From Macrostomum lignano (taxonomy: Eukaryota): 64,000 nt of DNA. Both the position numbers and the translations under genes were made by a program. The DNA lies in assembly GCA_002269645.1 (NCBI GenBank), contig NIVC01001636.1:1-64000 (forward strand). Direction: 5' to 3'. The notes beneath the pieces were generated by a model. The model searched no databases and was not told the origin of the DNA. It saw only the letters and a list, made by a program, of their open reading frames with translations. Below, in pieces: positions 25,812 through 37,793 of the stretch (position 1 is the first letter of the stretch; each line of letters opens with the position of its first letter).

Positions 25812-25882
25812 GCAATTTGTGGCTCAGTGGCAGAGTTAGTTTCCATATAATTGAGTCCTGCAGGGTTCGATTCCCAAGAGAT
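25812..25882 (+). mobile_element. tRNA-like SINE head (degenerate)
   Basis: A box TGGCTCAGTGG (25820) and B box GGTTCGATTCC (25864). The stems are not conserved. Confidence 0.45.
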
Positions 25883-26189
25883 CCGAAAAATTTTTAGTTT
25901 AAAGTTCTTTTAGAGCAAACAGATTTTTAGTATTTTTATTTCTCTAACTATTATGTTTTTTATACAATTAAATTACATTTATTTAAATTTATTTTTCTTT
26001 TTATACGTATTTAAAGAGTAACAGAGAATCTTTTAGTGCGGCACATATGATTGTTAGTGCAAAAAGTATATTACGATACATGTCGGCAAGCAAGTATTTG
26101 ATGTCTGGTCGTTTGAAGGCTAGAATATAGTTGTAACATATTACAAAGACGTGTTTAGATGTGGGAAAAGTTCTCGAGGGGTGGTGGAG

Positions 26190-28015
26190 CGGTGGGGGAG
26201 CCAGCCCCCCTTTACCACTAGACTAACTAATGCCAGGGGCGTGGGGGGCGGCCAGCCCCCCACTATACCACTAGACTAACTAATGCCAGGGGCGTGGGGG
26301 CGGCTAGCCCCCACTATACCACTAAACCACTAGACTAACTAATGCCAGGGGCGTGGGGGCGGCCAGCCCCCCACTATACCACAAGACTAACTAATGCCAG
26401 GGGCGTGGGGGGCGGCCAGCCCCCCACTATACCACTAGACTAACTAATGCCAGGGGCGTGGGGGCAGCCAGCCCCCCACTATACTACTAGACTAACTAAT
26501 GCCAGGGGCGTGGGGTGCGGCGAGCCCCCCACTATACCACTAGACTAATAAATGCCAGGGGCGGCCAGCCCCCCACTATACCACTAGACTAACTAATGCC
26601 AGGGGCGTGGGGGCGGCGAGCCCCCTACTATACCACTAGACTAATAAATGCCAGGGGCGTGGGGGGGGGGGAGCCCCCCACTATACCACTAGACTAATAA
26701 ATGCCAGGGGCGTGGGGGCGGCCAGCCCCCACTATACCACTAGACTAACTAATGCCAGGGGCGTGGGGGCGGCCAGCCCCCTACTATACCACTAGACTAA
26801 CTAATGCCAGGGGCGTGGGGGCGGCCAGCCCCCAATATACCACTATACCACTAGACTAACTAATGCCAGGGGCGTGGGGGGCGGCCAGCCCCCACTATAC
26901 CACTTAGACTAACTAATGCCAGGGGCGTGGGGGCGGCCAGCCCCCCACTATACTACTAGACTAACTAATGCCAGGGGCGTGGGGGGCGGCCAGCCCCCCA
27001 CTATACCACTAGACTAACTAAAGCCAGGGGCGTGGGGGCGGCGAGCCCCCTACTATACCACTAGACTAATAAATGCCAGGGGCGTGGGGGCGGCCAGCCC
27101 CCCACTATACCACTAGACTAATAAATGCCAGGGGCGTGGGGGCGGCCAGCCCCCCACTATACCACTAGACTAATAAATGCCAGGGGCGTGGGGGCGGCCA
27201 GCCCCCCACTATACCACTAGACTAACTAATGCCAGGGGCGTGGGGGCGGCCAGCCCCCTACTATACCACTAGACTAACTAATGCCAGGGGCGTGGGGGGC
27301 GGCCAGCCCCCCACTATACCACTATACCACTAGACTAACTAATGCCAGGGGCGTGGGGGGCGGCCAGCCCCCCACTATACCACTTAGACTAACTAATGCC
27401 AGGGGCGTGGGGGGCGGCCAGCCCCCCACTATACTACTAGACTAACTAATGCCAGGGGCGTGGGGTGCGGCGAGCCCCCCCACTATACCACTAGACTAAC
27501 TAATGCCAGGGGCGTGGGGGGCGGCCAGCCTCCTACTATACCACTAGACTAACTAATGCCAGGGGCGTGGGGGGGCGGCCAGCCCCCCACTATACCACTA
27601 TACCACTAGACTAACTAATGCCAGGGGCGTGGGGGCGGCCAGCCCCCCACTATACCACTAGACTAACTAATGCCAGGGGCGTGGGGGCGGCTAGCCCCCC
27701 ACTATACCACTATACCACTAGACTAACTAATGCCAGGGGCGTGGGGGCGGCCAGCCCCCCACTATACCACTAGACTAACTAATGCCAGGGGCGTGGGGGG
27801 CGGCCAGCCCCCCACTATACCACTAGACTAACTAATGCCAGGGGCGTGGGGGGCGGCCAGCCCCCCAGTATACCACTTAGAATAACTAATGCCAGGGGCG
27901 TGGGGGGCGGCCAGCCCCCCACTTTACCACTAGACTAACTAATGCCAGGGGCGTGGGGGGCGGCCAGCCCCCCACTATACCACTAGACTAACTAATGCCA
28001 GGGGCGTGGGGGGGG
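26190..28015. repeat. GC-rich minisatellite, ~52-60-bp unit, roughly 30+ copies
   Basis: Unit ctagactaactaatgccaggggcgtggggggcggccagccccccactatacca. Each unit has the hairpin GTGGGGGGC-GGCCA-GCCCCCCAC and G-runs. Confidence 0.97.
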
Positions 28016-28019
28016 GCTT

Positions 28020-28131
28020 TTTAGCTCTCAATTTAGGTTAAATAAATAGATGTCATAGCCATAAACAATAATGGACACAATATATACCCATCGTCCCACC
28101 TTTGAAGACGACAGCGTCTTCATTCACTAGT
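28020..28131 (+). mobile_element. Helitron/Helentron-like 3' terminus (copy 1)
   Basis: cgtcccacc-ttt, then hairpin GAAGACG-ACAG-CGTCTTC, then attca-CTAGT. The same block is at 36560-36656 (+) and 45434-45500 (-). Confidence 0.6.
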
Positions 28132-28764
28132 TAGTTCCTTGATACTAGGAACTATGTTTTAAGCTGACAGCTGCTGTCAATATAAACGTTCGGTTTACAA
28201 AAGATCTTTGAAAAATTACATTTTCAGCACTAATGTAATTAAAAAGTATTATCAAATTAACGTTCTAAAACAAAACATTCAGGTATTACACAACTTATAG
28301 AATTTTTGTTATAAATTGTAACGAAATAATCTCGTACGTGATTTGGAAATCTGCTTTGCTTGAAACTGGTCCCGACTGAAATAACGTGAGACTACACAAT
28401 AACGTGAGATGACACATACAGTGATATTTAGTCAGACAATTTGTTGAAGAAGTATCATATTGGATTTAAAAGACTTGTTGCCTCGTAATAACATTTTTAC
28501 GAATGCTTCAATCAAGTGACTACTCAAGTAACGTATACAACGGTAATTTTTAGTGGTCCTTGATAAAAACATGCAAAAATGTAGCGTAAAAGTTTTTCTT
28601 GTGAAGAAGTTATACCAAATTAATAAAAGCCCACTTGAGCTCCTTAGAATTGGAAACAGCAAGTGCATCAAGATATTTAATAGTGGAAAACAATTTACTG
28701 AAGCAAATCGACCCACTTTTAGTAATACAACTTTGTATAGTACTACCAGCTAGAAATATTAAAG

Positions 28765-28950
28765 TTCGTGAGAGTTCGTAAAGTATCCGACGAAATTCGG
28801 CGAGTGATTACCGGTACATAATTTATTGTAGCTGGTTCAGACTGCTATTAAAACTTTTTGTAGGCAGTTTCCTACCTACAGACCCACGTAGGGGAAGCCG
28901 CCAGATGAGCAGATGCCTGAGTCATCATGCCGCCAGTCGAGGAAGTTTCT
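28765..28950 (-). pseudogene. Decayed WSC exon fragment
   Basis: Minus strand reads STGGM(M)TQ, a deletion, GICSSGGFPYVGL*, and later CTGNHSPNFVGYFTNS. Homologous to the 46586 gene. Confidence 0.75.
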
Positions 28951-28954
28951 TCGT

Positions 28955-29170
28955 GGTGAACTACTAGCCGTTGTGTTTTGCGAGACTGTCGCCGATACTA
29001 GTGCTGACGGAGAAGCCGGACACGCTCGATCAGCTGCAGTTTGTCGGACTCGGGACTCACGGAGAAGCTGAGGTACTCGATCAGGCCATGTGCTCAGGGT
29101 CGTTCCTGCACGCCTCCTTCAGCTTCCCAGGACCAGAAGCAGTGAGAGCGCGGAGAGAGTGCGCCCTTGT
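28955..29170 (-). pseudogene. FReD exon fragment directly joined to the WSC fragment
   Basis: Minus strand reads ALTASGPGKL..SFSVSPESDKLQL..VSGFS.STSIGDSLAKHNG**FTT, homologous to 10150-10357. A possible upstream exon at 29575-29700 ends in CAG|GTAAGT. Confidence 0.75.
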
Positions 29171-32062
29171 GCCGACACCTCTGACCAGCGTGGATACCGA
29201 TTTCTACGTTCGATATTGATTGAAATCAATGGCTGCAGAGCCGTGACGAGTTAAAGTTATGATGGGTTTCGGCCTTTTTGGCCTTCGGGCCTCAATGTCT
29301 CAGAAATAAATAAATTAGAGTACTGGCCCCTGTACTAGTACTGACTACTGGTCCTGTCAGATGGTCAGCGCCATGGTAGCTTGATCTGTGGCGAGCAGTC
29401 TAGGTCCTATAGCTAAGAGAGAGACAGCGAGAGACAAGCACGGAGAATTTCGAAGTTAAAGATCAGGCAATCCGCAGATTATTAACTAACCCACTGCCAC
29501 CAGCCCGTGCGTCATTGCTCACCAAACCGGAACTTTCGAAATCGGGCTTCCGACTAGGAGGGGCTTTGCACTTACCTGCCAGCTAGTGTCTTTGCTGTCA
29601 ATCTCGAAGTCATAGCCGATGATAAGGGACACTGCTGGGACTTGATCGCATTGGCCATGCAGGTACAGAGGGGACTTGTGCAGAGGATTCTTGCAGTGGC
29701 GAGTCTATGGGGTAGCTACGTGTACTATTACATTGCTAAATACGATTAACAGAACTTTTGGCCTTCAGCGCGCCAACTAGCCTCTCGTAGCGCTGATGAT
29801 AGACTAACTCGAACATCAGAGGCCGCATGATTCATTACCCGAGCCGCTTGGCGAATCTAGAGTGCACAGAAGTGCATCTCTAGCGCCGATTTTGCACTGT
29901 TGGCAATCTCGCTAACTGATTTGATAGGTTGATCGACTGAGAACTGCCTTGCCATTGGTCCACTGCGATCGGCGCCTACTAGCTTAGCTACTCATCTGAG
30001 CCATCGGCGAACAAAGAAATAAAACCAATAAAAAATTTCAGATTTAACCTTCTCTTTCAATCACTTCCTAATACTAAAAATGGTCTGTCTGTGTCTATCT
30101 ATCTATGTGATTTTCACACCTCAAAATGAATTGGAGTAATCAGACTACTAACAGTATTATTAAGTGATTTCTGCCTCAATAACATCACTGCTGAACAAAA
30201 TGAGCAAAATTGTGCGCCTAATCCAGCTATTGAGATAGGGGACAGATAAGGAATCACCCAATCAAGCAAGTCTAGGTAGCCTCTCACCCAACCAATCAAA
30301 AACTCAACAGCCGGAGACCAGGTATTCCACAGTGACCGAATCGGCTTAGTGCTTCGCAGCTGTAGACCCAGGATGATGCTGTCACAAACTTCGCAGGTAG
30401 CTAGCAGGTGATGACCTTAATCTTGATGATCGTTGCTGTCGACCGGGGGGATTCGTCCTTGATGATGATGGGGGGGGAGTCGCGATCCGGGGATCAAGAA
30501 ACGACGGTCGGGCTAGAGAGAGAGCGAGTTCCCGGCCAGTCAGCAGAAAGTCAGTGACAGCCGAGTTCCAAGCCAGTTGTGGTCCAAGCGGACCAAAAAC
30601 ACCGGTTTAACTGGACCGCAATTTTGTTAAAATGGAACACCTCGACGCTGATTGGCTAAGCTGATTTGTTATAACTGACGTCGAATTTTCTGATTGGCTG
30701 AGCAATTGTTGCCACTTAAACTCACGTGACAAAAGATCCTATCAGTTCCCTTGGGGCCACAAAAATTCGCCAGGTGCGGTCATAAATCACTCAAAATCGC
30801 TACATAATGATTTATGACCTTTTGCGTTGGAATTACAAAAATTAATGAAAAAATATGCATTGGAAAGGTCTTACTATGTAGAAAGTGAAGATAGTGAAGA
30901 CAAATCGCTAATCGCTAATTCCCAAAGTACTTTTAGGGGTAAAACGCATAGCTGTCAAAGCTGTTAAACGCCTGAGTGAACACGAACAATAAGCCGTGAC
31001 CTCATAAATCTGATGGCCTGTCAAAATAATGAGAAAAAAAGCTACCGCTCGCATCCTTTCAGACCATCTGGCGCCAGCCTTAACACTGAGTGAGGCGCAG
31101 GTGGCTGTCAGACCAGCTCACAAGCGATGATTTATGACCCCAAAAGTAGCAAAAACCGCGCTATGTTATTATAACTACAGGTATGGCAAATCAGATATGC
31201 TACAGAAATCCTGCTAGTATGAATTCTAGGAACATTAGAAAAAAGGAGAAAAATGCCCACGGCCTGCTGTTAGTAGGCTAGCAAGTTGGAAGCCCATGAG
31301 CGGGCGTGAAATTTGGAAAAAAAGTTCGTCCTCATCACAAGTACAAAAATGGCGTTGAATCTACTGCATCGAAGAATGTCGCCATTCTGAGACTGGTTAC
31401 TCTACAGAAGTACATTTACTGTACAAATTGCTTACGAAATATACATGACCTATGCTGGTACATGTACAGCTGCCCTTAGTATCACCAGGTCGTCGCACTT
31501 AGTAGCGCATTTACCGTTTAACTGATTTCCTACATTCTCACTTTGAGCATCAAATTTTCATAGGCGCCCGATCGTCTCGACTGTGTAATCACGGAAGGTT
31601 GGTGCGCGTGCTGTCAGGCCTTGAATTTTTCTCGTTGGCCGGCTTGTACTCCGCTGGTTCGCGTCCCGGCAGTGTCCCGATGCGGCTTGCATCCCCTGGG
31701 AGCTGAGAGAGGCCGTGTGAGGCCTGAGAGGAGCCCAGAGACAGAAAGTCGGTCAAGGGGGCGCCATGCGCCCTTACGCCGAGCTCAAGAGCTCTCAAGG
31801 GAGCCGGCCTCTCTACGCAGGTAGGCGGTGAACGACGCCCCCGCAGAGGCCGTCTCAGGTCTGCCAGCCCGCTGTCTCCCAAACCACAGCAATAAGGTTG
31901 TTGCCAACAGCTTACACACCTGCAATTTTTATCTTCATCATCTCGACTTTTCTGGAGGGGTTCGCGATCATGAGGAAAGCAGAAGAACTCAAAATTGAAC
32001 CGGAACCAGCTCGTGGCCTCATTGTACTCCTATTCATCTCATCTGGCTAGCCGCACAGCGTA

Positions 32063-32762
32063 TCAGCCAATCAGGCGGTAGTTGTGCGCGTCCACGGTCC
32101 CAGAGGCCTCGCCCCAGACCTCCACCCCCGCCACGATGCTGCCCACCCACTTGGCGGATCGGAAGTAGGACAGCGGCACGTGGGCCGTCCCTGGCGCTTG
32201 GATCAGCGCTTGGACGTCGATGCGGAACTTGCGTCACGGCGCGTGCTCCACTGGCGACCTGCGAAGGCAAGCAACGGAGTCTGGTATAGCTGATGGTTCG
32301 TCAGGTTCTTCAGGAAAAATAGAAGGTAACCAGCGGATGAAGTGCACCCAAAGGCCACCAAATCTGTGACAGTTGCTCTTCATGCTCAGTTGATGGAGCA
32401 TAGCGAGTGCATTCTGTCCAACATCAGGCAGCTTCATTCGCACCTTTTGCACGACGGAGGAATCTGTCAGAAGCCAGGACTCACCTGCACCCGGGGTCCG
32501 GGTCCTCCCAGGCGTCGTAGCGGCTGAAGCCCCACAGCTTGCCATGCAGGTTCCACACGTTGGAGCGAATTCGGGGGTTCGGGTCGATGGACTGCTCGTC
32601 GAAGGTCTTCCGGTGCCAGTAGTCTGGCAACCTGGCGCCAGGCAGAGCACTCCAGAACTCGAAGATGTTGAGCCGGATGGAGTGCCCGTACTGCTGCAGA
32701 TTGTTCCAGAAGCTGAGGTAGTGAACCACCTGACCGTGCGCGTACTTGCGATCGGGCCGGAG
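32063..32762 (-). pseudogene. 5'-truncated pseudogene paralog of the 36704-37793 secreted protein (exons 32762-32485 and 32258-32063)
   Basis: YAHGQVVHYLSFWN...NVWNLHGKLWGFSRYDAWEDPDPGCR, with the same phase-2 intron. Exon 2 has a TGG>TGA stop and a small deletion. Confidence 0.88.
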
Positions 32763-32794
32763 TAGTATGCATGAGGGGAATTCTAGCACAGATT

Positions 32795-33606
32795 CCCCCC
32801 GCAATTTTTCGTGACAAAAAACTCCCCGCAATTTTTACTTAATTGGAACTTCTTAACACCTGCTATTTATGAGGTGGATGTAGAGATCCCAACAGAACTG
32901 CACGACTATTTCTCGGACTTTCCACCCTTTCCAGAGAATATTCATTGTCCAAAAATGATGGAAAGCTCTGATGGAACTTGGTACCTGTCTAAAAGGGAAA
33001 AAAACATACCAAGAAACTCACACAAAATCTAAACAACAAAACGCGGTATAAAATTGATTATAAACTGCTGCAGTATTTTATTTACCTAAGTTGTAAGGTT
33101 ACAAAAGTGCACAGAGCACTTGCATTCACAGAAGAAACGTGGATGAAACCCTATATTGATAAGAACAACCAGTTTAGAACAGAAGCTACTAATAATTTTG
33201 ATAAGGACCTGTTCAAACTGGCCAATAATTCTGTCTACGGCAAGAGTTTAGAGAACGAACGAAAAAGAGCAAACTTGAAGCTTGTTAAGTCATCCGAGTC
33301 GGATGTTATTTTAACTAGTATATCGAAACCTACTTTTAAGGAGCTGCACCGATTTAATAATCACTTGGTTGCGATCCTATTTTATAAAACTAGAACGAAA
33401 TTAGCCAAGCCAATTTTCAAAGATGTGGCTATATTAGATGAATCAAAGCGTTTAATGTACAAGTTCTTCTATGATTTGAAGGTAAGATATGGGGATAAAA
33501 TCAAACTGCTATATACCGACACAGACAGTTTGATTTTGAGTGACAAATTGCGGGGGGTTTGTCACGAAAAATTGCGGTGAGTTTTTGTCACAAAAATTGT
33601 GGGGAG
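32795..33606 (+). mobile_element. Polinton/Maverick-type family-B DNA polymerase fragment between internally repetitive inverted repeats
   Basis: Motif B (FKLANNSVYGK) and motif C (LLYTDTDS) in ORF 33107-33580, with upstream YEVDVEIP..HDYFSDFPP. The flanks 32795-32836 and 33545-33606 are inverted arrays of a ~24-bp ccgcaatttttcgtgacaaa unit. Confidence 0.85.
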
Positions 33607-34417
33607 CAGGCAGCCTGTGTTCTCCTACCAGTTGGCGAGCGGATCCTCTGTTGTCCTGTCTGCCTCAAGATTCGACAGGTTCCTCAAGCGCTGCCTAGCA
33701 ACTGCTGAGCAGGACGCTCGTTCTTTCTCAGCGCACAGCCTGCGCAGAGGTGGTGCCACCTGGGCCTACCGTCTCGGACTATCTGTTCAAGAGGTGAAGT
33801 GCATCGGTGACTGGCGAAGTGATGCTGTGACTGCCTACCTTCCATCTGCTGATTCTGTGCGGGCTGGTTCGCGTTTTGCTGGTGCTTTTAGCGAGAGCTG
33901 CCTTTGAATAACTTTTGCTTGTGTTCAAAGTTTTATTTCCGTTCTTATCCCTAGCCTTATTTCCACCGTTTCGTAAATTCTCTCCTTCGTTCATTCATTT
34001 GTTTGTTTAGCCTTGGGGTTGCATCCTCTGGCTTTTCGCTGCCTCGCCATCGCCACACTCGGTTTGTCTTTGTCTTTGTCTTTGCCTCCCCTTCACTAAT
34101 GCACCGGTTTGCGCGAGCCCGCGAGGGCTAACCGCTGTTAGTGCAAGGGGGGGCTGTTTGGGTGCTGGCTGTCTGGTGGGGTGGTGGGTGCGTTGGTGCG
34201 TGCGCGTGCCTATTTAGGCCGCCACCTTTGTGGCTGCGCGGGGTTGCTCGCGGTTGAATTTTTTTTCCTCGCTAATTTATAATTTTTAATCAGTTTAATT
34301 CGTTTTAACAAGTCATGAAATAAATACGATCGACTGAGGGTTGCATCCTCTGGCTTTTCGCTGCCTCGCCATCGCCACACTCGGTTTGTCTTTGTCTTTG
34401 TCTTTGCCTCCCCTTCA
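33599..34417 (+). mobile_element. 3' end of a DIRS/Ngaro-type YR retrotransposon (tyrosine recombinase C-terminus plus split direct repeats)
   Basis: SAHSLRRGGAT...IGDWRSDAVTAY contains the H-x-x-R and Y catalytic region. An ~80-bp direct repeat occurs at 34016-34095 and 34338-34417. Confidence 0.85.
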
Positions 34418-34869
34418 ATAACGGAAAAAATCAAGCTCGGTCCTTGACGTGGTGTCCAGCCGAGCGAGTGTAAAGCATGTGGCCACCGATCCTCACTATC
34501 GTACATCGGCTGCGTCCTCAAACCTTAAGATCAATACCCCAGACCTTTTCCCTTGATTGCCATTTCAGGTAGCTGCAAGTCTTAGAGGACTAGGCTCTCT
34601 TAGCTCCCTATCCTTCAGTCTCCCAATCCACAAGTTCTCTGTTGCCTTGAGAGTGAAGAATTTTGACCAACCTTCCGCTATTTCCATGAGAGCTCGCTGA
34701 TGTGTGCGCAGAGAATGAAAGGAGATGGAGTAGCCCAATTCGTGGCTCTGCTTTCACTTCCCAGTATCACCTTGTCATAAAGGCCTGAAACGTACTAATC
34801 ACAGCCTTTCACCTGTTGCACCGTTAGCAACCGTTTCTAACTGGGTCATGTTTCTAATGTCGGTTCATG

Positions 34870-35235
34870 GGCACGTTTTCCCTCGCTGTCTGGAGGCAGC
34901 GCAGAGGCCGATCGCTCCGGACCGTTCTGCAGAACTGTGCGCTGCCAGACCGTCTGAAGGCCCAGCTTTTTTTGCCGCAGTGGTTGAGACGTTACTTTTG
35001 TACAACGCCAAGACGTGGATGCTCAGTGTCTCCCTGGAACGGCAGCTGGATCTGGCCCACCCAAGCCTGCTGCGAGCGGTCTTCGGAGTTCACTTCCAGC
35101 AGCGCTGACCTGTGCACGAGAGCCGGGCTGGCACCCCTGAGCCAGCTGCTTCGTGCTGGGTGCCGCCCGAGGTTGACAGGTCACGTGCCGCGTGCTGAGG
35201 CGCGGACCCCGGAGCCGCTAAAGCAGGTGCTCCGA
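34870..35235 (+). mobile_element. RTE-like LINE reverse transcriptase C-terminal fragment (frameshifted)
   Basis: LPDRLKAQL / AVVETLLLYNAKTWML..LERQLD.AHPSLLRAVFG / LSQLLR..RLTGHV, typical of RTE-clade RT tails. Confidence 0.7.
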
Positions 35236-35254
35236 CTTTATTTTTTTTTCTACA

Positions 35255-36050
35255 TCAAAATCACTCTACTGAATGTTCTCTATTCGAAAACACCGAGATC
35301 TGGCCGATTGGGCCACTAAAAAATTTCCCAGGTGCCGTAAAGTGCCTTAAAACGTCGTTTTTGAAAAATTGCATCACGTTTTTAAAAAAGTAGTCCCCAA
35401 AGTTAAGAAAGTGTTTTATGCTACGGTTTTGAGGCTTTAACACGACGTGTCAAACATATGAAAATTTGTTTTCCTGAATTTTCTAAGCATTTAGACCTAC
35501 CTGTGCAGAGCAGGGGCCCGGAAACCAGTGAAAAAAGAGGCCGGGTGCTCTGCAGAAAATCAGACGTTGTTGAGGTATTTTTTTTAAATTGGGCGAATTT
35601 TTTCAAGTGTAGTGTCAAATTGTAGCCCATCGAATGCCCGTTCGAACGACGCAAGACACTCTGGAAAAAACCCCTGTTAACATGTACTTTTTACCTGTTA
35701 ATTGAAAAACGGCCCATTTGGGGGTACAAACTTTGAAGTCGAAAAATAAGAATTTTTGCGCACCGATATTTCTGCATTTTCAATATTGTGTAGCCGAATA
35801 ACTGAGCCGAATATGGCTGGAAAATTCGTATTTTTGAGAAAATTGCCTTTGGATTTTTAGGATGTTTTTAGGCAAATTTTGAGCATACTTTTGCTAATTA
35901 CTCTGCATTGGCAAGGCCTAGAGACTCAAGTTTGGTGTCTAAAAACAGCACTACGGATGCACTATGCAACTAAATCAGTTTTGAATACTGATTATTCTTA
36001 GGTTAAAAGGTCTTAATACCTGTTTGATTACCTGTCGGAACAGGTGAAAA
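35255..36050 (+). mobile_element. Non-coding interspersed repeat (copy 2 of 24790-25590)
   Basis: Colinear similarity with 24790-25590. Confidence 0.8.
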
Positions 36051-36057
36051 TGTATTA

Positions 36058-36210
36058 CGCAACCCCTACCCAACAACAACAACAACCCTAACAACAACCC
36101 CTACCCAACAACAACAACAACCCCAACAACAACAACCCCTACTCAACAACAACCCCTACTCAACAATAACAACAACCCCAACAACAACAACACTCCCAAC
36201 AACAACCCAC
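36058..36210. repeat. (CAA)n / caacccctacc compound microsatellite
   Basis: Directly visible. It lies ~350 bp upstream of Helitron-like end copy 2. Confidence 0.9.
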
Positions 36211-36559
36211 GTTTGAGTTTTACGTCCTATAAATACTCTAGTGGTACTTGATTGGATAGCCTGCTGCACGAGACTACAGTTTCGTCGAGACTGAATTGTG
36301 CACCATTTAGTTTGGATATTTGGCGTAAGGTATTTAGGGTTTGGAAATATTGGTCACTAAGATGTTTTTTAGCAGTAAATATATGCCTGCAATTTATATC
36401 CGTTTGATAAGTAATTTTATTAATTTATTTAAACAGTTATGCATAAACTTTGTTTAAATGAAATTATAATCATAGCCCAAGCAGCTTTTAAGTTCTTAAT
36501 TTGTAAAATGTAATAGCCATTTAAGATAAAAACACAATATAGCTTCTTAATTAGTTCTT

Positions 36560-36656
36560 AATTTGGGTTAAATAAATAGGTCATAACCATAAACAATATT
36601 GGCCATAATAAACCATCGTCCCACCTTTGAAGACGACAGTGTCTTCATTCACTAGT
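36560..36656 (+). mobile_element. Helitron/Helentron-like 3' terminus (copy 2)
   Basis: Near-identical to 28030-28131 (hairpin plus CTAGT). Confidence 0.6.
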
Positions 36657-36703
36657 TTATTTACCACGTAACCCGAAAAGCTACAATTAAGGTGCAACGG
36701 CAA

Positions 36704-37793
36704 TCAGCCAATCAGACGGTAGTTGCGCGCGTCCACGGTTACTGAGGCCTGGCCCCACACCTCCACGCCGGTCACGATGCTGCCCACCCACTTGGCCGAC
36801 CGGAAGTAGGACAGCGGCACGTGGCCGTCCCTGGCCAGGCCGTGAATCAGTGACTGGACGTTGATGTGGAACTTGCGCCACGGCACGTTCTCAATCGGCG
36901 ACCTACAAATACGATGGACAAGATGGAGCATAGAGAAAAGCGCCCGCGATTGAGCGAATTGTTGCGTTCAGTGATTGCTGCGATCGATTTAAACCCAACG
37001 GGGTGAGTGTGAGAGCTTTGGCGACTCACCTACACCCGGGGTCCGGGTCCTCCCAGGCGTCGTAGCGGCTGAAGCCCCACAGCTTGCCATGCAGGTTCCA
37101 CACGTTCGCTCGTAGGTTGGGATGCGGGTCGATCGACTGCTCGTCGAATGTCTTGAGGTTCCAATAGAATGGAGGCTTGGCACCACGCGGGGCACTCCAG
37201 AACTGGAAGATGTTGAGCCGGATTGCGTGCTCGTACCGCTCCTGATCGTTGTAGAAGGTGAGGTAGTGCGACACGTGGCCGTGCGCGTACCTGCGGTCGC
37301 CCCTGTAGCACACCTTGGCACGCAGCTCCAGCTCCAGGTAGCGAATCTTGAAGGGGTCGATTCGCAGGGGCGGCAGACCAGAGCACACGGTGTTTTGATT
37401 CTCCTGGATGCCGATGTACGACCGAGTTTGCACGCTCCAGTCGCGCATGCTCAGCGTCAGTCTCGCGAAGCCCTGGTTGGACCAGTAGAAGTAGAAGGGG
37501 CACCGCTCGCCTAGGATCGGCCGGAACACCGGCTTCGGGTCGTTGATGATGGCCCCGGTGTTCGGCTTGCACGGCGTGTCTCGGTTTGACTCGGCGTCGT
37601 ACGACAGCGTGTAGAAGCCCCTGTTGAGGCTGTTGCAACACCTTCCAGTGCTAGAGGCGGCACAGCTTTCAAAGAAGTAGGGACTATTGGGGTTCCAGTA
37701 GGCCGCCAGCTGTTTGCGCATGCCCGGGTCCCAGTTCAGGTTTGCGAGCGCCCCAGGCAGGAGGCAGAGGAGCAGAATAGCGAAAGACTGCAT
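36704..37793 (-). CDS. Secreted 320-aa protein of uncertain family, possibly a GH12-like beta-jelly-roll (exons 37793-37030 and 36902-36704)
   Basis: Signal peptide MQSFAILLLCLLPGALA. Phase-2 intron (AG|GTGAGT ... TTTGTAG|G). Trp/Tyr-rich and GC-rich. The C-terminus HINVQSLIHGLARDGHV...WVGSIVTGVEVWG resembles the GH12 acid/base strand. Gene model confidence is high; family assignment confidence is low. Confidence 0.8.

Noticed and set aside
26190-28015. Regular repeat array resembling CRISPR
   Set aside because: Units are contiguous with no unique spacers, no cas genes are present, and the context is eukaryotic.
30640-30720. Promoter-like cluster (two CCAAT boxes, CRE-like TGACGTC)
   Set aside because: No intact gene start is nearby, and short motifs alone are insufficient.
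31589-31882. GC-rich short ORFs on both strands
   Set aside because: No recognisable motif or paralog in the window, so coding status cannot be supported.
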